Origin: Vulcanimicrobiota bacterium
GTDB lineage: Bacteria > Vulcanimicrobiota > Vulcanimicrobiia > Vulcanimicrobiales > Vulcanimicrobiaceae
NCBI GenBank assembly: GCA_963695225.1
Contig: OY968762.1
Coordinates: forward strand, 1,824,001-1,888,000
Direction of reading: 5' to 3'
DNA length: 64,000 nucleotides
The notes below the pieces were generated by a model, which saw nothing but the letters and a program-made list of their open reading frames with translations, was not told the DNA's origin and made no database searches. This document shows positions 56,669-64,000 of this stretch, one piece after another; position 1 is the stretch's first letter; the number at the start of each line of letters is the position of its first letter. Both the position numbers and the translations under genes were made by a program.

Positions 56669-59291
56669 CGATTGCTTCCACCTCGTACCAGTTGCGCCCG
56701 GCTTTGAGCGTCACCTCGAGCGGAACCGCCAATTCGATGGCCCCTTCCATCTCGGCCTTCACGAGCGCCGCGGTCGCGTCCAAGTCGGCTCGCGCGACTT
56801 CGAAGAGCAGCTCGTCGTGAATCTGCAGCAACATCAGCGCGTCGAGCCCGGCCGCGCGCAGGGCGCTTTCTACGCGCACCATCGCCAGTTTCATCAGATC
56901 AGCCGCACTGCCTTGCAGCGGCGCGTTCGTCGCTTCCCTTTCGGCGGCGGCACGCAGCGCGTAATTTCGCGACCGCAACTCGGGCATGTAACGCCGCCGG
57001 CCCAACATCGTTTCGACGTACCCGTGCTCGCGGCCGAAATCGAGAATGCGCTCGATGTACGAGCGGACCGAGGGAAACCGCGCGAAGTAGGCTTGCGTCA
57101 TCGCCCGCGCCTCGCCGCGCTCGATCTCCAGGCGCTGGGCGAGGCCGAAATCCGACATCCCGTAGAGCAAACCGAAGTTCACCGACTTCGCGATCCGGCG
57201 CTGGTTCGAGCTGGCTCGCTCGCCTGCGGGGATAGCGAAGATGCCGCGTGCCGTGAAATCGTGGATGTCCTCGCCGCGCCGGAACGCCTCGCGCATCGCC
57301 GCGTCGCCGGAGAGGTGCGCCATGATCCGCAGCTCGATCTGGCTGTAGTCGGCCGCGAGCAGCAGGCGCTGCGGCCCGGGCGCGACGAACGCGCGGCGGA
57401 TGCGGCGCCCCAGCTCGCCGCGCACCGGGACGTTCTGCAGGTTCGGATTCGTCGAGGAGAGGCGCCCGGTCGCCGTCGCGGTCTGGTGCAGCACCGTATG
57501 CAGTCGCCCGTCCGGACCGAGAAGCTTCGGGATCACGTCGATGTATGTGTTCTTGAGCTTTGTGACCTCGCGATACTCGAGCACTTTCGCGCAGATCGGA
57601 TGCTCGCGCGCGAGCCCCGCGAGGATCTCGACGCCCGTCGCCCAGCCGGTTTTGTTCCGGGAGCCGCCCGGAATGCCGAGGCGCTCGAAGAGGACCGCGC
57701 CGAGCTGTTGCGGAGAGCCGATGTTGAACTGCTCGCCGGCCAGCGCATAGATCTCTTCCGCCAAACGGATCACGGCGGCGTCGACCTCGTCGCCGAGGAC
57801 GCGCAGCTCCGCGAGGTCGACGGCGATGCCCCAGCGCTCCATATCGCTCAGAATCCCGACGAGCGGCAGCTCGACGCCGTCGTACAGCGAGAGCTGGTTG
57901 CGGTGCTCGAGATGATCCCGCGTGACGATCCCCAAACGCAACACGGCGTCGGCGTGCGCCGCGGCGTCGTCGGGAAGCGAGAGCGCCAAGAACTCCGCGA
58001 CGGCATCGGAGAGCTGCGCGAAGGTGCGCGATGGGCTGAGCAAGTGGGCGGCGACCATCGTATCGTCGGCGAGTTTCGGCGGCTCGAACCCGAGCGTCCG
58101 CAGGCGCGCGGCGAGGCTCTTCCCGTCGTGCGCTGCGAGCCCGCGCTCGCGCGCCAAGAACGCGCGGAACGCCGTCGCGACGGGCTCGTACCCGAGCGCG
58201 GCGGCGGGGAACGCGAAGCCGTGCCCGGCGGCGGAACTGATCCCGAACTCGCCCTCCCCGCGCGCGGCGAGCGCCGCGCGCTCCGCCGCCGCGGCGAGAT
58301 CGATGAACTGCGCGAGATGCGCGAACTCCGGAGGATCGACCGCCGCCGCGAACGAGAGGTACGAACCTTCGAGCCGTTCTTCGTCGAGGTTCCCCGCGAG
58401 CGGGAAGAGCGCGTCGTTCGCGGGTGCGGGCAAGCGCGCGAGCAGCGTCTTGAACTCGAGCTCGCGATAGAGCGGATAGAGCGCGTCCGGCGAGGGCGGG
58501 GTGAAGCGCGCCTCTTCCCACGGCAGCGTCACCGGCAGATCGCGCTTGACGCGCGAGACGTCGCGATAGATCCGGGCTTGGGCGCCGTGTTCGCGCACGA
58601 GCGCTTCGAGCTTCGCGCTCCCCGCGAGCGCCGGGTTCTCGAGCAGCGCATCGAGCGAGCCGGCGGCGCGGATCAGCTTGATCGCGGTCTTTTCGCCGAC
58701 GCCCGGGATCCCCGGAAGGTTGTCGGATGGGTCGCCCTTGAGACCGCGATAATCCGCCAGCTGCGAAGGCTCCAGCGTGAAGCGTTCGCGGACCGCGGCG
58801 GGATCGTACCGTCCGATATCCGTGATGCCCCGGCGCGTCGTCAGCACGGTCGTGCTCTCGTCGACGATCTGCAAGAGATCGAGGTCGCCGGTGACGATCT
58901 CGCTGCGCCCGCCCGCCTCCTCCGCGATGCGCGCGAGCGTCGCGATGACGTCGTCGGCTTCTTCGCCTTCGAGTTCGATCGCCGGGATACCGTACGCCGC
59001 GAGGACCCGGCGGACGAGCGCGAACTGCGAGCGCAGCTCGTCCGGCATCGTGTCGCGTTGCGCCTTGTACTGCGGATACATCGCCACGCGCGCTTGCGGC
59101 AAGCCCTTGTCGAAGCAGGCGATGACGTGCGTGGGCTGCTCGTCGGCGATCAGCTTGTTCAGCATCATCGTGAAGCCGTAGGCGGCGTTGATCGGGACGC
59201 CCTGCGTCGTCGTCAGCATCGGCAGCGCGAAGAACGCTCGGTAGACGAGCCCGTACGTATCGAGCAGCATGATCGTCGGCATCGCGTTCAC
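56661..59291 (-). CDS. polA: DNA polymerase I
   Basis: LLD..LVYRAFFA, EADDVIAT, GDPSDNLPG, TGRLSSTNPNLQN, ADYSQIELR, AKSVNFGLLYG, QGSAAD, QIHDEL. The 3'-5' exonuclease region looks degenerate. Confidence 0.97.
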   Translation of the reverse strand: MNAMPTIMLLDTYGLVYRAFFALPMLTTTQGVPINAAYGFTMMLNKLIADEQPTHVIACFDKGLPQARVAMYPQYKAQRDTMPDELRSQFALVRRVLAAYGIPAIELEGEEADDVIATLARIAEEAGGRSEIVTGDLDLLQIVDESTTVLTTRRGITDIGRYDPAAVRERFTLEPSQLADYRGLKGDPSDNLPGIPGVGEKTAIKLIRAAGSLDALLENPALAGSAKLEALVREHGAQARIYRDVSRVKRDLPVTLPWEEARFTPPSPDALYPLYRELEFKTLLARLPAPANDALFPLAGNLDEERLEGSYLSFAAAVDPPEFAHLAQFIDLAAAAERAALAARGEGEFGISSAAGHGFAFPAAALGYEPVATAFRAFLARERGLAAHDGKSLAARLRTLGFEPPKLADDTMVAAHLLSPSRTFAQLSDAVAEFLALSLPDDAAAHADAVLRLGIVTRDHLEHRNQLSLYDGVELPLVGILSDMERWGIAVDLAELRVLGDEVDAAVIRLAEEIYALAGEQFNIGSPQQLGAVLFERLGIPGGSRNKTGWATGVEILAGLAREHPICAKVLEYREVTKLKNTYIDVIPKLLGPDGRLHTVLHQTATATGRLSSTNPNLQNVPVRGELGRRIRRAFVAPGPQRLLLAADYSQIELRIMAHLSGDAAMREAFRRGEDIHDFTARGIFAIPAGERASSNQRRIAKSVNFGLLYGMSDFGLAQRLEIERGEARAMTQAYFARFPSVRSYIERILDFGREHGYVETMLGRRRYMPELRSRNYALRAAAEREATNAPLQGSAADLMKLAMVRVESALRAAGLDALMLLQIHDELLFEVARADLDATAALVKAEMEGAIELAVPLEVTLKAGRNWYEVEAIDA

Positions 59292-61675
59292 TGAACGGCG
59301 ATCCCGGCGGAAGCCGCACCGACGTCGCCGTCGTCGTAGATCTTCATCACGGAGAGGACGAAGCGTCCGCGCTCCCGCGGCAGCACGAGATCGAACGTCT
59401 CGCGCTCGCTGCGTTCGACGCGCCAGATCAGCGTGCGCGCCGCCGCCGATCCGACGGCCGGCGGGCCCGCGTCGCCGCGCGCGACGCCTTCATCCCCGAA
59501 AAATGCGTTCGTCTTCGAACGCCCCGACGCGACCCACGTGTGCCAGCCCGGATTCTCGGAGGCAGGCGCCTGCGAGGTGGTGCCGCCGACGCGCAGCAGA
59601 TCGTCGGCGCCGTCGAACAGCGCGGAGCCGCTCGCGCGCCCGTCGGCGAGCCGGATGACCGCCGTCCCGCCCGCGCGCGAATCGCCGTCGCGCAGCGTCA
59701 CGTGCGCGACGTCGCCGGGCGCATAGCTCGCGCGATCCAAGGCGAGCACGATGTCGCGCGCGTGCCCCGGCGCATCGACCGCAAGCGGGACCGAACCTTG
59801 GACGATCGCGCCGTCCCGCACGGCAGCGGCGGCGATGCGCACGTCCCCCTGCGGCTCCCCGAGATCGACCGCCGCATTCGCATTCGTGCCGCCGGCCGGG
59901 AAGCGGCGCCAGCCGTAGACGCGCGCGCCCTCGACGGTCACGAACGCGTCGCCCTGCAAGCCGCTCGCGGCGAGCGTCACGTTCGCGCGCTGGCCTGGGC
60001 GGTAGCGCGCGCGATCCAACCCGATCTGCACGGCATCGTTGCCGCTCGCGAGCCCCGCGAGCGTGCTCGGCGCGACGAGGACGGAGCCCGCGTCGAGCGC
60101 GTGATTCGAACCTTCGGCCGCATCGGCGAGCACGAGGTTCGTCCCGAGGCTCGCGCCCCGGAAGACCACGTGCGCGCGGCCGCGCTCGTCCAGGCGCACC
60201 GCCTGTTCTTGCACGGAGGTGCCGTGCGCGAGGCGCACGCGCACGTTCAACCCCGCGCGCGGGTTCCCGTCGAGCGCATCGAAACCACGCACGAGGACCC
60301 CGATCGCGCCGCTGGGATCGACGCTTGCCGTGTCGGGATCGACCGCGAGCGCGAACGGGGCGGTCGGCACGACGATCCGCGTCGTCGCCGAAGCCCCGCT
60401 CGCCGTAACGCGGATGCCGTAGGTCGAAGCGAGCCCGTCCGCCGGCGCCCCGAGCGAAAAGCGCGCGCGGCCTTGACCGTCGGTCTGCAAGCTCCGGTCG
60501 TAGACCGTCGTCGTCCCCCAACGCGGGACGTCGTCCGTGACGCCGGCCGGCAAGACGTGCGGCGTCCGCACGACGCGGACCCTGATCGCGAGATTCGGCG
60601 CGGGCTGCGCGCCGCGCATCGCGACGATCGTCAGCGGAACGTCGTTCGCAGCCGAGCACGGGCAGTTCGCGACGATCGAAAGGCGCGCATCGCTGGTGGC
60701 GTCGACGGTCAGCGACGTGCCCCCGACCGCACCGCCGGCGCTCGCCAAGACCGCATACTCACCCGCCGCCGCACTCTCGGGGACGGCGAGCACGGATGAA
60801 AACGCGCCCGAAGCGTCGAGACGTTCCGTCACGCCGGCGAGCGTCTTCCCCTGCGCCGAGAGCGCGATGCGCACGTCGCCGGACATCGGCTTCATTTGCC
60901 CGCCGGCGCGCTTGCGAGCGAAGCCGGCGAGCCGCACTCCCGTTCCGGCGCGAACGACGGCCGTTTCGAGACGGAGCCCCACGATCGCGGGCGGTAACGG
61001 CGCCTGCGGCAACATCGAGACGAACGCGCGGCTCCGGCCGAAGGCGGCGAGCGCGAACGCCGGGCGCTGCGCTTCCGACCACGCGATCAAGCCGTTGTCG
61101 TCGGTGGCCTTGCTTACGAGGTGCAGGCCGACCAGAAACTCGACCGTCGCGCCGCGGATCGCGCGCCCTGTCCCGAGATCGACGGCCCAGAGCATGAGCC
61201 CCTCGGGACTCTCCTTCGTCAGCAAGCCGAGCCTCGTGCGATTCAGCCAGACCTGTTCGGCCGCGGCGCCGCGCCGCGCTTCGATCACGAAGAACCCTTC
61301 GCGGTCGCCGAGCGGCGCGTCGACGTCGTTCGTCACGAAACGATACCCCGAGGGCGGCGAGAAGCGCCACCGCGCGACCGGCGCGCGCGTGGACGTATCG
61401 AGCGCCCGCGCAGGATGATTCGCGCCGGCAACGATCACGTCCGCCGGATCGACCTCATAGGCGGCGAAATCGACGGGCGCCGACGAGTAGGTGTCGAGAT
61501 GGACGCGCGCAGGCTTCCACGGCAGCGAGACGTCCGGGGCGAACAGCGAGAAGTACGCGTCCCATTGGTGCTGGTCGAGCAAGGGACGCCCGGCGCGCCC
61601 GCTCGTGGGGAGCAGCGCGACGACGAGGGCTAGCGCAAACGCGGCGAACGCGCGCCGGGCGAGGCCGATCGTCAT
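59288..61675 (-). CDS. Secreted alpha-2-macroglobulin-like protein, MG domains only (no thioester domain)
   Basis: TRLGLLTK..LWAVDL, RLETAVVRAG, LDASGAFS, LDRARYRPGQ, LDRASYAPGD and ARTLIW occur in the same order as the N-terminal ~60% of the A2M at 38851; no CxEQ. Confidence 0.7.
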   Translation of the reverse strand: MTIGLARRAFAAFALALVVALLPTSGRAGRPLLDQHQWDAYFSLFAPDVSLPWKPARVHLDTYSSAPVDFAAYEVDPADVIVAGANHPARALDTSTRAPVARWRFSPPSGYRFVTNDVDAPLGDREGFFVIEARRGAAAEQVWLNRTRLGLLTKESPEGLMLWAVDLGTGRAIRGATVEFLVGLHLVSKATDDNGLIAWSEAQRPAFALAAFGRSRAFVSMLPQAPLPPAIVGLRLETAVVRAGTGVRLAGFARKRAGGQMKPMSGDVRIALSAQGKTLAGVTERLDASGAFSSVLAVPESAAAGEYAVLASAGGAVGGTSLTVDATSDARLSIVANCPCSAANDVPLTIVAMRGAQPAPNLAIRVRVVRTPHVLPAGVTDDVPRWGTTTVYDRSLQTDGQGRARFSLGAPADGLASTYGIRVTASGASATTRIVVPTAPFALAVDPDTASVDPSGAIGVLVRGFDALDGNPRAGLNVRVRLAHGTSVQEQAVRLDERGRAHVVFRGASLGTNLVLADAAEGSNHALDAGSVLVAPSTLAGLASGNDAVQIGLDRARYRPGQRANVTLAASGLQGDAFVTVEGARVYGWRRFPAGGTNANAAVDLGEPQGDVRIAAAAVRDGAIVQGSVPLAVDAPGHARDIVLALDRASYAPGDVAHVTLRDGDSRAGGTAVIRLADGRASGSALFDGADDLLRVGGTTSQAPASENPGWHTWVASGRSKTNAFFGDEGVARGDAGPPAVGSAAARTLIWRVERSERETFDLVLPRERGRFVLSVMKIYDDGDVGAASAGIAVQ

Positions 61676-61679
61676 GCCG

Positions 61680-62099
61680 TTACGTCGGATCGTAGTACAT
61701 CGTCCCTACGAAATTCTGCGGGACGCGGAAGCCGGCCGTGTACTTGCGCGTTTCGCCGGCCCGCAGGACCGCGCGGTCGTTCGCGATCCCGACGAGCTGG
61801 ACGGCGCCGCTCTCCTGCCCCGGAAAACGGCGCCGGCTTTCGTCTTCCAGCGTGAACTTCTCGATGCGCGGGACGAAGTCGCGGCCGAGCTTGTTCGTGT
61901 AGGCGAACGTGCATACGAGAAAGACGGCCCCGCCTTCGGCGGACGCATCGCTCGCCCGGGAGCGCGTGACGTTCGCGAGGACGATGTCCGGCGCGGTGTG
62001 GATGCCCTCGCCGCCGGTCGAAGCAACCGGTTCCTTACATGCGGCCAAGCCCGCGAGGGCGATCGACGCGCAGAACGAGAGGGCGAGGAGGCGGCGCAT
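61680..62099 (-). CDS. Lipoprotein, DUF4352-like Ig fold
   Basis: Lipobox LAAC; YTN..FTLED..LRAGETR..GFRVP; ATG 62099. Confidence 0.7.
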   Translation of the reverse strand: MRRLLALSFCASIALAGLAACKEPVASTGGEGIHTAPDIVLANVTRSRASDASAEGGAVFLVCTFAYTNKLGRDFVPRIEKFTLEDESRRRFPGQESGAVQLVGIANDRAVLRAGETRKYTAGFRVPQNFVGTMYYDPT

Positions 62100-62163
62100 G
62101 AGTGACCTCGGCTTCGGCGGCGCGTGGAGGCATCCCCCGCACCGATGCCAAAGCGCGTTCGAC

Positions 62164-62334
62164 GTGGACGGACAGCATGGGGCGAGGCGGCCCACTTCGA
62201 CGAACTGCCGGTCGTGCGGACATGGGCCCGGGATCGAATCATCCGCGGACCTCTCCGCTCGTTCGAACGTGTACCAGGTCGTCATCGCCTGCGCCGTCTG
62301 CGCCGGCGTCTTCGCCGCCTTTTCGCGAAACTAG
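62164..62334 (+). CDS. Small putative zinc-ribbon protein (56 aa)
   Basis: CRSCGH...CAVCAG; the stop lies 1 nt before the next GTG; start uncertain. Confidence 0.5.
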   Translation: MDGQHGARRPTSTNCRSCGHGPGIESSADLSARSNVYQVVIACAVCAGVFAAFSRN

Positions 62335-62335
62335 C

Positions 62336-62875
62336 GTGGCCGTGCCCGGGCTTCGCGCCGCGCTCCTCGCCCTCGGCCTCGCCCTCGCGCTGCTCGCGCC
62401 GCCCGCGGGCGCGCAAACGGCCAAGCCGGAGGCCGCGAACGCCACGCTCAACGCTCGCCTGAAAGCGGCCGCGCAGCCGACTCCGCTCCCGTCGCCGCCG
62501 CTCCCGAAAACGGAGCAGCACTCCGCGTTCACCGTCACGACGAACAAGAAGGGGCAAGTCGTCACCGCCAAGCCCCAAACCAAGGCGCGGGACTCGGCCT
62601 TCAACCTGATGACGTACGGGAACGTGCTGCAGATGTTCATCCGCACGACCGGCGGGCAGGCGATCCCCGGAACGTACCTCGTGTCCTACGATTACTCTCC
62701 GGCCTCGAAGACCGTCAAGCGCGGGGTCGCGCTCGTCAAGGAAGGGGGCGTCGACCCGAACGCGCTCGGCGCCGTCGACCGGATGATCGAAGCCGATCGC
62801 AAGAATGCCGAACGCGCGGCCGCCGACCGAAAAGCGAGGCACACCGCGCCCTCCGCGACTCCCGGCGCCCGGTGA
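62336..62875 (+). CDS. Hypothetical secreted protein
   Basis: Signal peptide ending PPAGA-Q, Pro linker, host-like codon usage. Confidence 0.7.
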   Translation: MAVPGLRAALLALGLALALLAPPAGAQTAKPEAANATLNARLKAAAQPTPLPSPPLPKTEQHSAFTVTTNKKGQVVTAKPQTKARDSAFNLMTYGNVLQMFIRTTGGQAIPGTYLVSYDYSPASKTVKRGVALVKEGGVDPNALGAVDRMIEADRKNAERAAADRKARHTAPSATPGAR

Positions 62876-62920
62876 CACCCGTCATCGCCCTACGCTGCGT
62901 CCCGGGATAGGGTGGAGGGC

Positions 62921-63547
62921 ATGCGCGCGATCGATGTTGCCCCGGCCGAAGACGCCGTCGCCCTGCTCGAGCGGACCGCGCACGCGCTGCGCTTCGCCCC
63001 CGGCCCTCTTCCGCCGCCCGCGCTGCGGCGGATCGTCGAAGCGGGCCGGCTCTCCCCTTCCCTCTATAACGCGCAGCCGTTCCGCTTCATCGTCGTGCGG
63101 CAGGGCGCGAACTACGAGCGGCTCCGCGCAGCCGCCGATCTCTCGCGGGATACGTTCGTGAAGAACCGCGCGCTGTTCGCGCGCATGAACAAGCGCCTGA
63201 ACCATCCTGCGTTCGTGCGCGGGCTCGAGCGCCAGAGCGCCGGGCCCGTCCTCCCCGAACACGGGGCCGCGATCGTCGTGCTGCGCGACGACGGGCTGAC
63301 CGAATCCGTCGAAGCGTGCGCCTGCGCGCTGCTGGCGATGCAGCTCGAAGCGACGGCCTGCGGCTTAGCGAGCGCGATGACGAGTTGGACGCGCGGCCTG
63401 CGGTTTCAGAAGGATACCGTCGCCTGGCTCGGAGTGCCGAAGGGCTTTGAAATCTTCACGAGCCTCGTCGTCGGGAACCCCGCCGGTCCGCTCGAACGCG
63501 TCGAAAAGGCTCGCCTCCCGCTCGAAGAAGCGGTACGCTGGATCTGA
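62921..63547 (+). CDS. Nitroreductase-family protein
   Basis: ALRF, IVEAGRLSPSLYNAQPFRFIVV, MQLEATACGLAS, VVGNP, RLPLEE. Confidence 0.85.
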   Translation: MRAIDVAPAEDAVALLERTAHALRFAPGPLPPPALRRIVEAGRLSPSLYNAQPFRFIVVRQGANYERLRAAADLSRDTFVKNRALFARMNKRLNHPAFVRGLERQSAGPVLPEHGAAIVVLRDDGLTESVEACACALLAMQLEATACGLASAMTSWTRGLRFQKDTVAWLGVPKGFEIFTSLVVGNPAGPLERVEKARLPLEEAVRWI

Positions 63548-63563
63548 CCGAACGGAGGACGGC

Positions 63564-63806
63564 ATGCCGCGCGACCCCGCGATGACCTGGTGGCTGAAGA
63601 ACCGCGGCTCGCTCGACGATGCCGTGGATCGCGACATCGAGCGCAGTTGCGGCTCGAAGGATGCCTACGAGAGCGAGGCCGTCGCGCGCGCGCACGCGGC
63701 GATGAACGGGATGGCGGGCGTCCTCTTCACCTATCGCTGCCGCTATTGCGACATGTGGCACCTGACCCGCCGTCCCACGAAGGCGAGCGAACCCGAGGAG
63801 CGCTGA
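63564..63806 (+). CDS. Small C-CxxC-H putative zinc-finger protein
   Basis: GGAGG RBS; CGSKDAYESEAVA...YRCRYCDMWHLT. Confidence 0.75.
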   Translation: MPRDPAMTWWLKNRGSLDDAVDRDIERSCGSKDAYESEAVARAHAAMNGMAGVLFTYRCRYCDMWHLTRRPTKASEPEER

Positions 63807-63829
63807 AAGCCCTTCGCCAAGGGTCCGGC

Positions 63830-64000
63830 GTGCGTTACGTCAGCTTCCTCTCGGGCGGGGTCGTCCGCCCCGGCCTCCTCGAGGGCGACCTGGTCCGCCC
63901 GCTGCCGTCCCGAATTCCGGCGCTGCTCGACTACATCGCGCTCGCCCCGGAAGAGCGCGCAGCCCTCGAACTCGAGGCGCCGCTCCCGCTCGCGAGCCTC
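63830..64000 (+). CDS. Probable fumarylacetoacetate hydrolase family protein, N-terminus (runs off window)
   Basis: MRYVSFLSGGVVRPGLLEGDLVRPL..LLDYI..PLPLASL resembles FAH N-termini; catalytic motifs are outside the window. Confidence 0.55.
   Translation, partial: MRYVSFLSGGVVRPGLLEGDLVRPLPSRIPALLDYIALAPEERAALELEAPLPLASL

Noticed and set aside
62100..62285. Cys-rich N-terminal extension of ORF 61680..62285
   Set aside because: The lipoprotein signal peptide begins at ATG 62099, and the extension is antisense to the small CxxC ORF.

Overview
High-GC (roughly 70%) bacterial chromosomal window from a diderm organism. It has LptF/G, LptD-like, LptC-like and Lnt genes together with Terrabacteria-type gene order; Eremiobacterota/Vulcanimicrobiota is my guess and is not demonstrated. 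In order, the window holds: a tetrapyrrole cluster (sirC-hemC-half-hemD fusion, hemB, hemL, hemA, cobA-hemD) split by a CheA-like kinase without a CheW domain and a single-domain response regulator; pepP, arginase and an AI-2E transporter; a BMP-type nucleoside ABC transporter; chrA and copZ-copA; a Vgb-like propeller lipoprotein; outer-membrane biogenesis genes; a D-aminoacylase and a Crp regulator; a thioester alpha-2-macroglobulin followed by a 7.2-kb direct-repeat-bounded cassette (S53 protease, MalT-like ATPase-TPR protein, HD-GYP, GGDEF-EAL); and a polA-mutM-rpsA-coaE block preceded by a second macroglobulin-like gene that has no thioester domain. I found no rRNA, tRNA, CRISPR array, integrase or transposase. 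The most striking unannotated signals are: (1) two divergent copies of a ~170-bp palindromic element (33-34 bp outer stem plus two GGA-loop hairpins) sitting inside operons, one beside a duplicated hemL start; (2) duplicated, decaying gene ends at the copA/vgb and A2M/EAL junctions; (3) probable non-canonical start codons (ATC for rpsA, CTG in two CTGA overlaps). All protein family calls come from motif recognition, not database searches.
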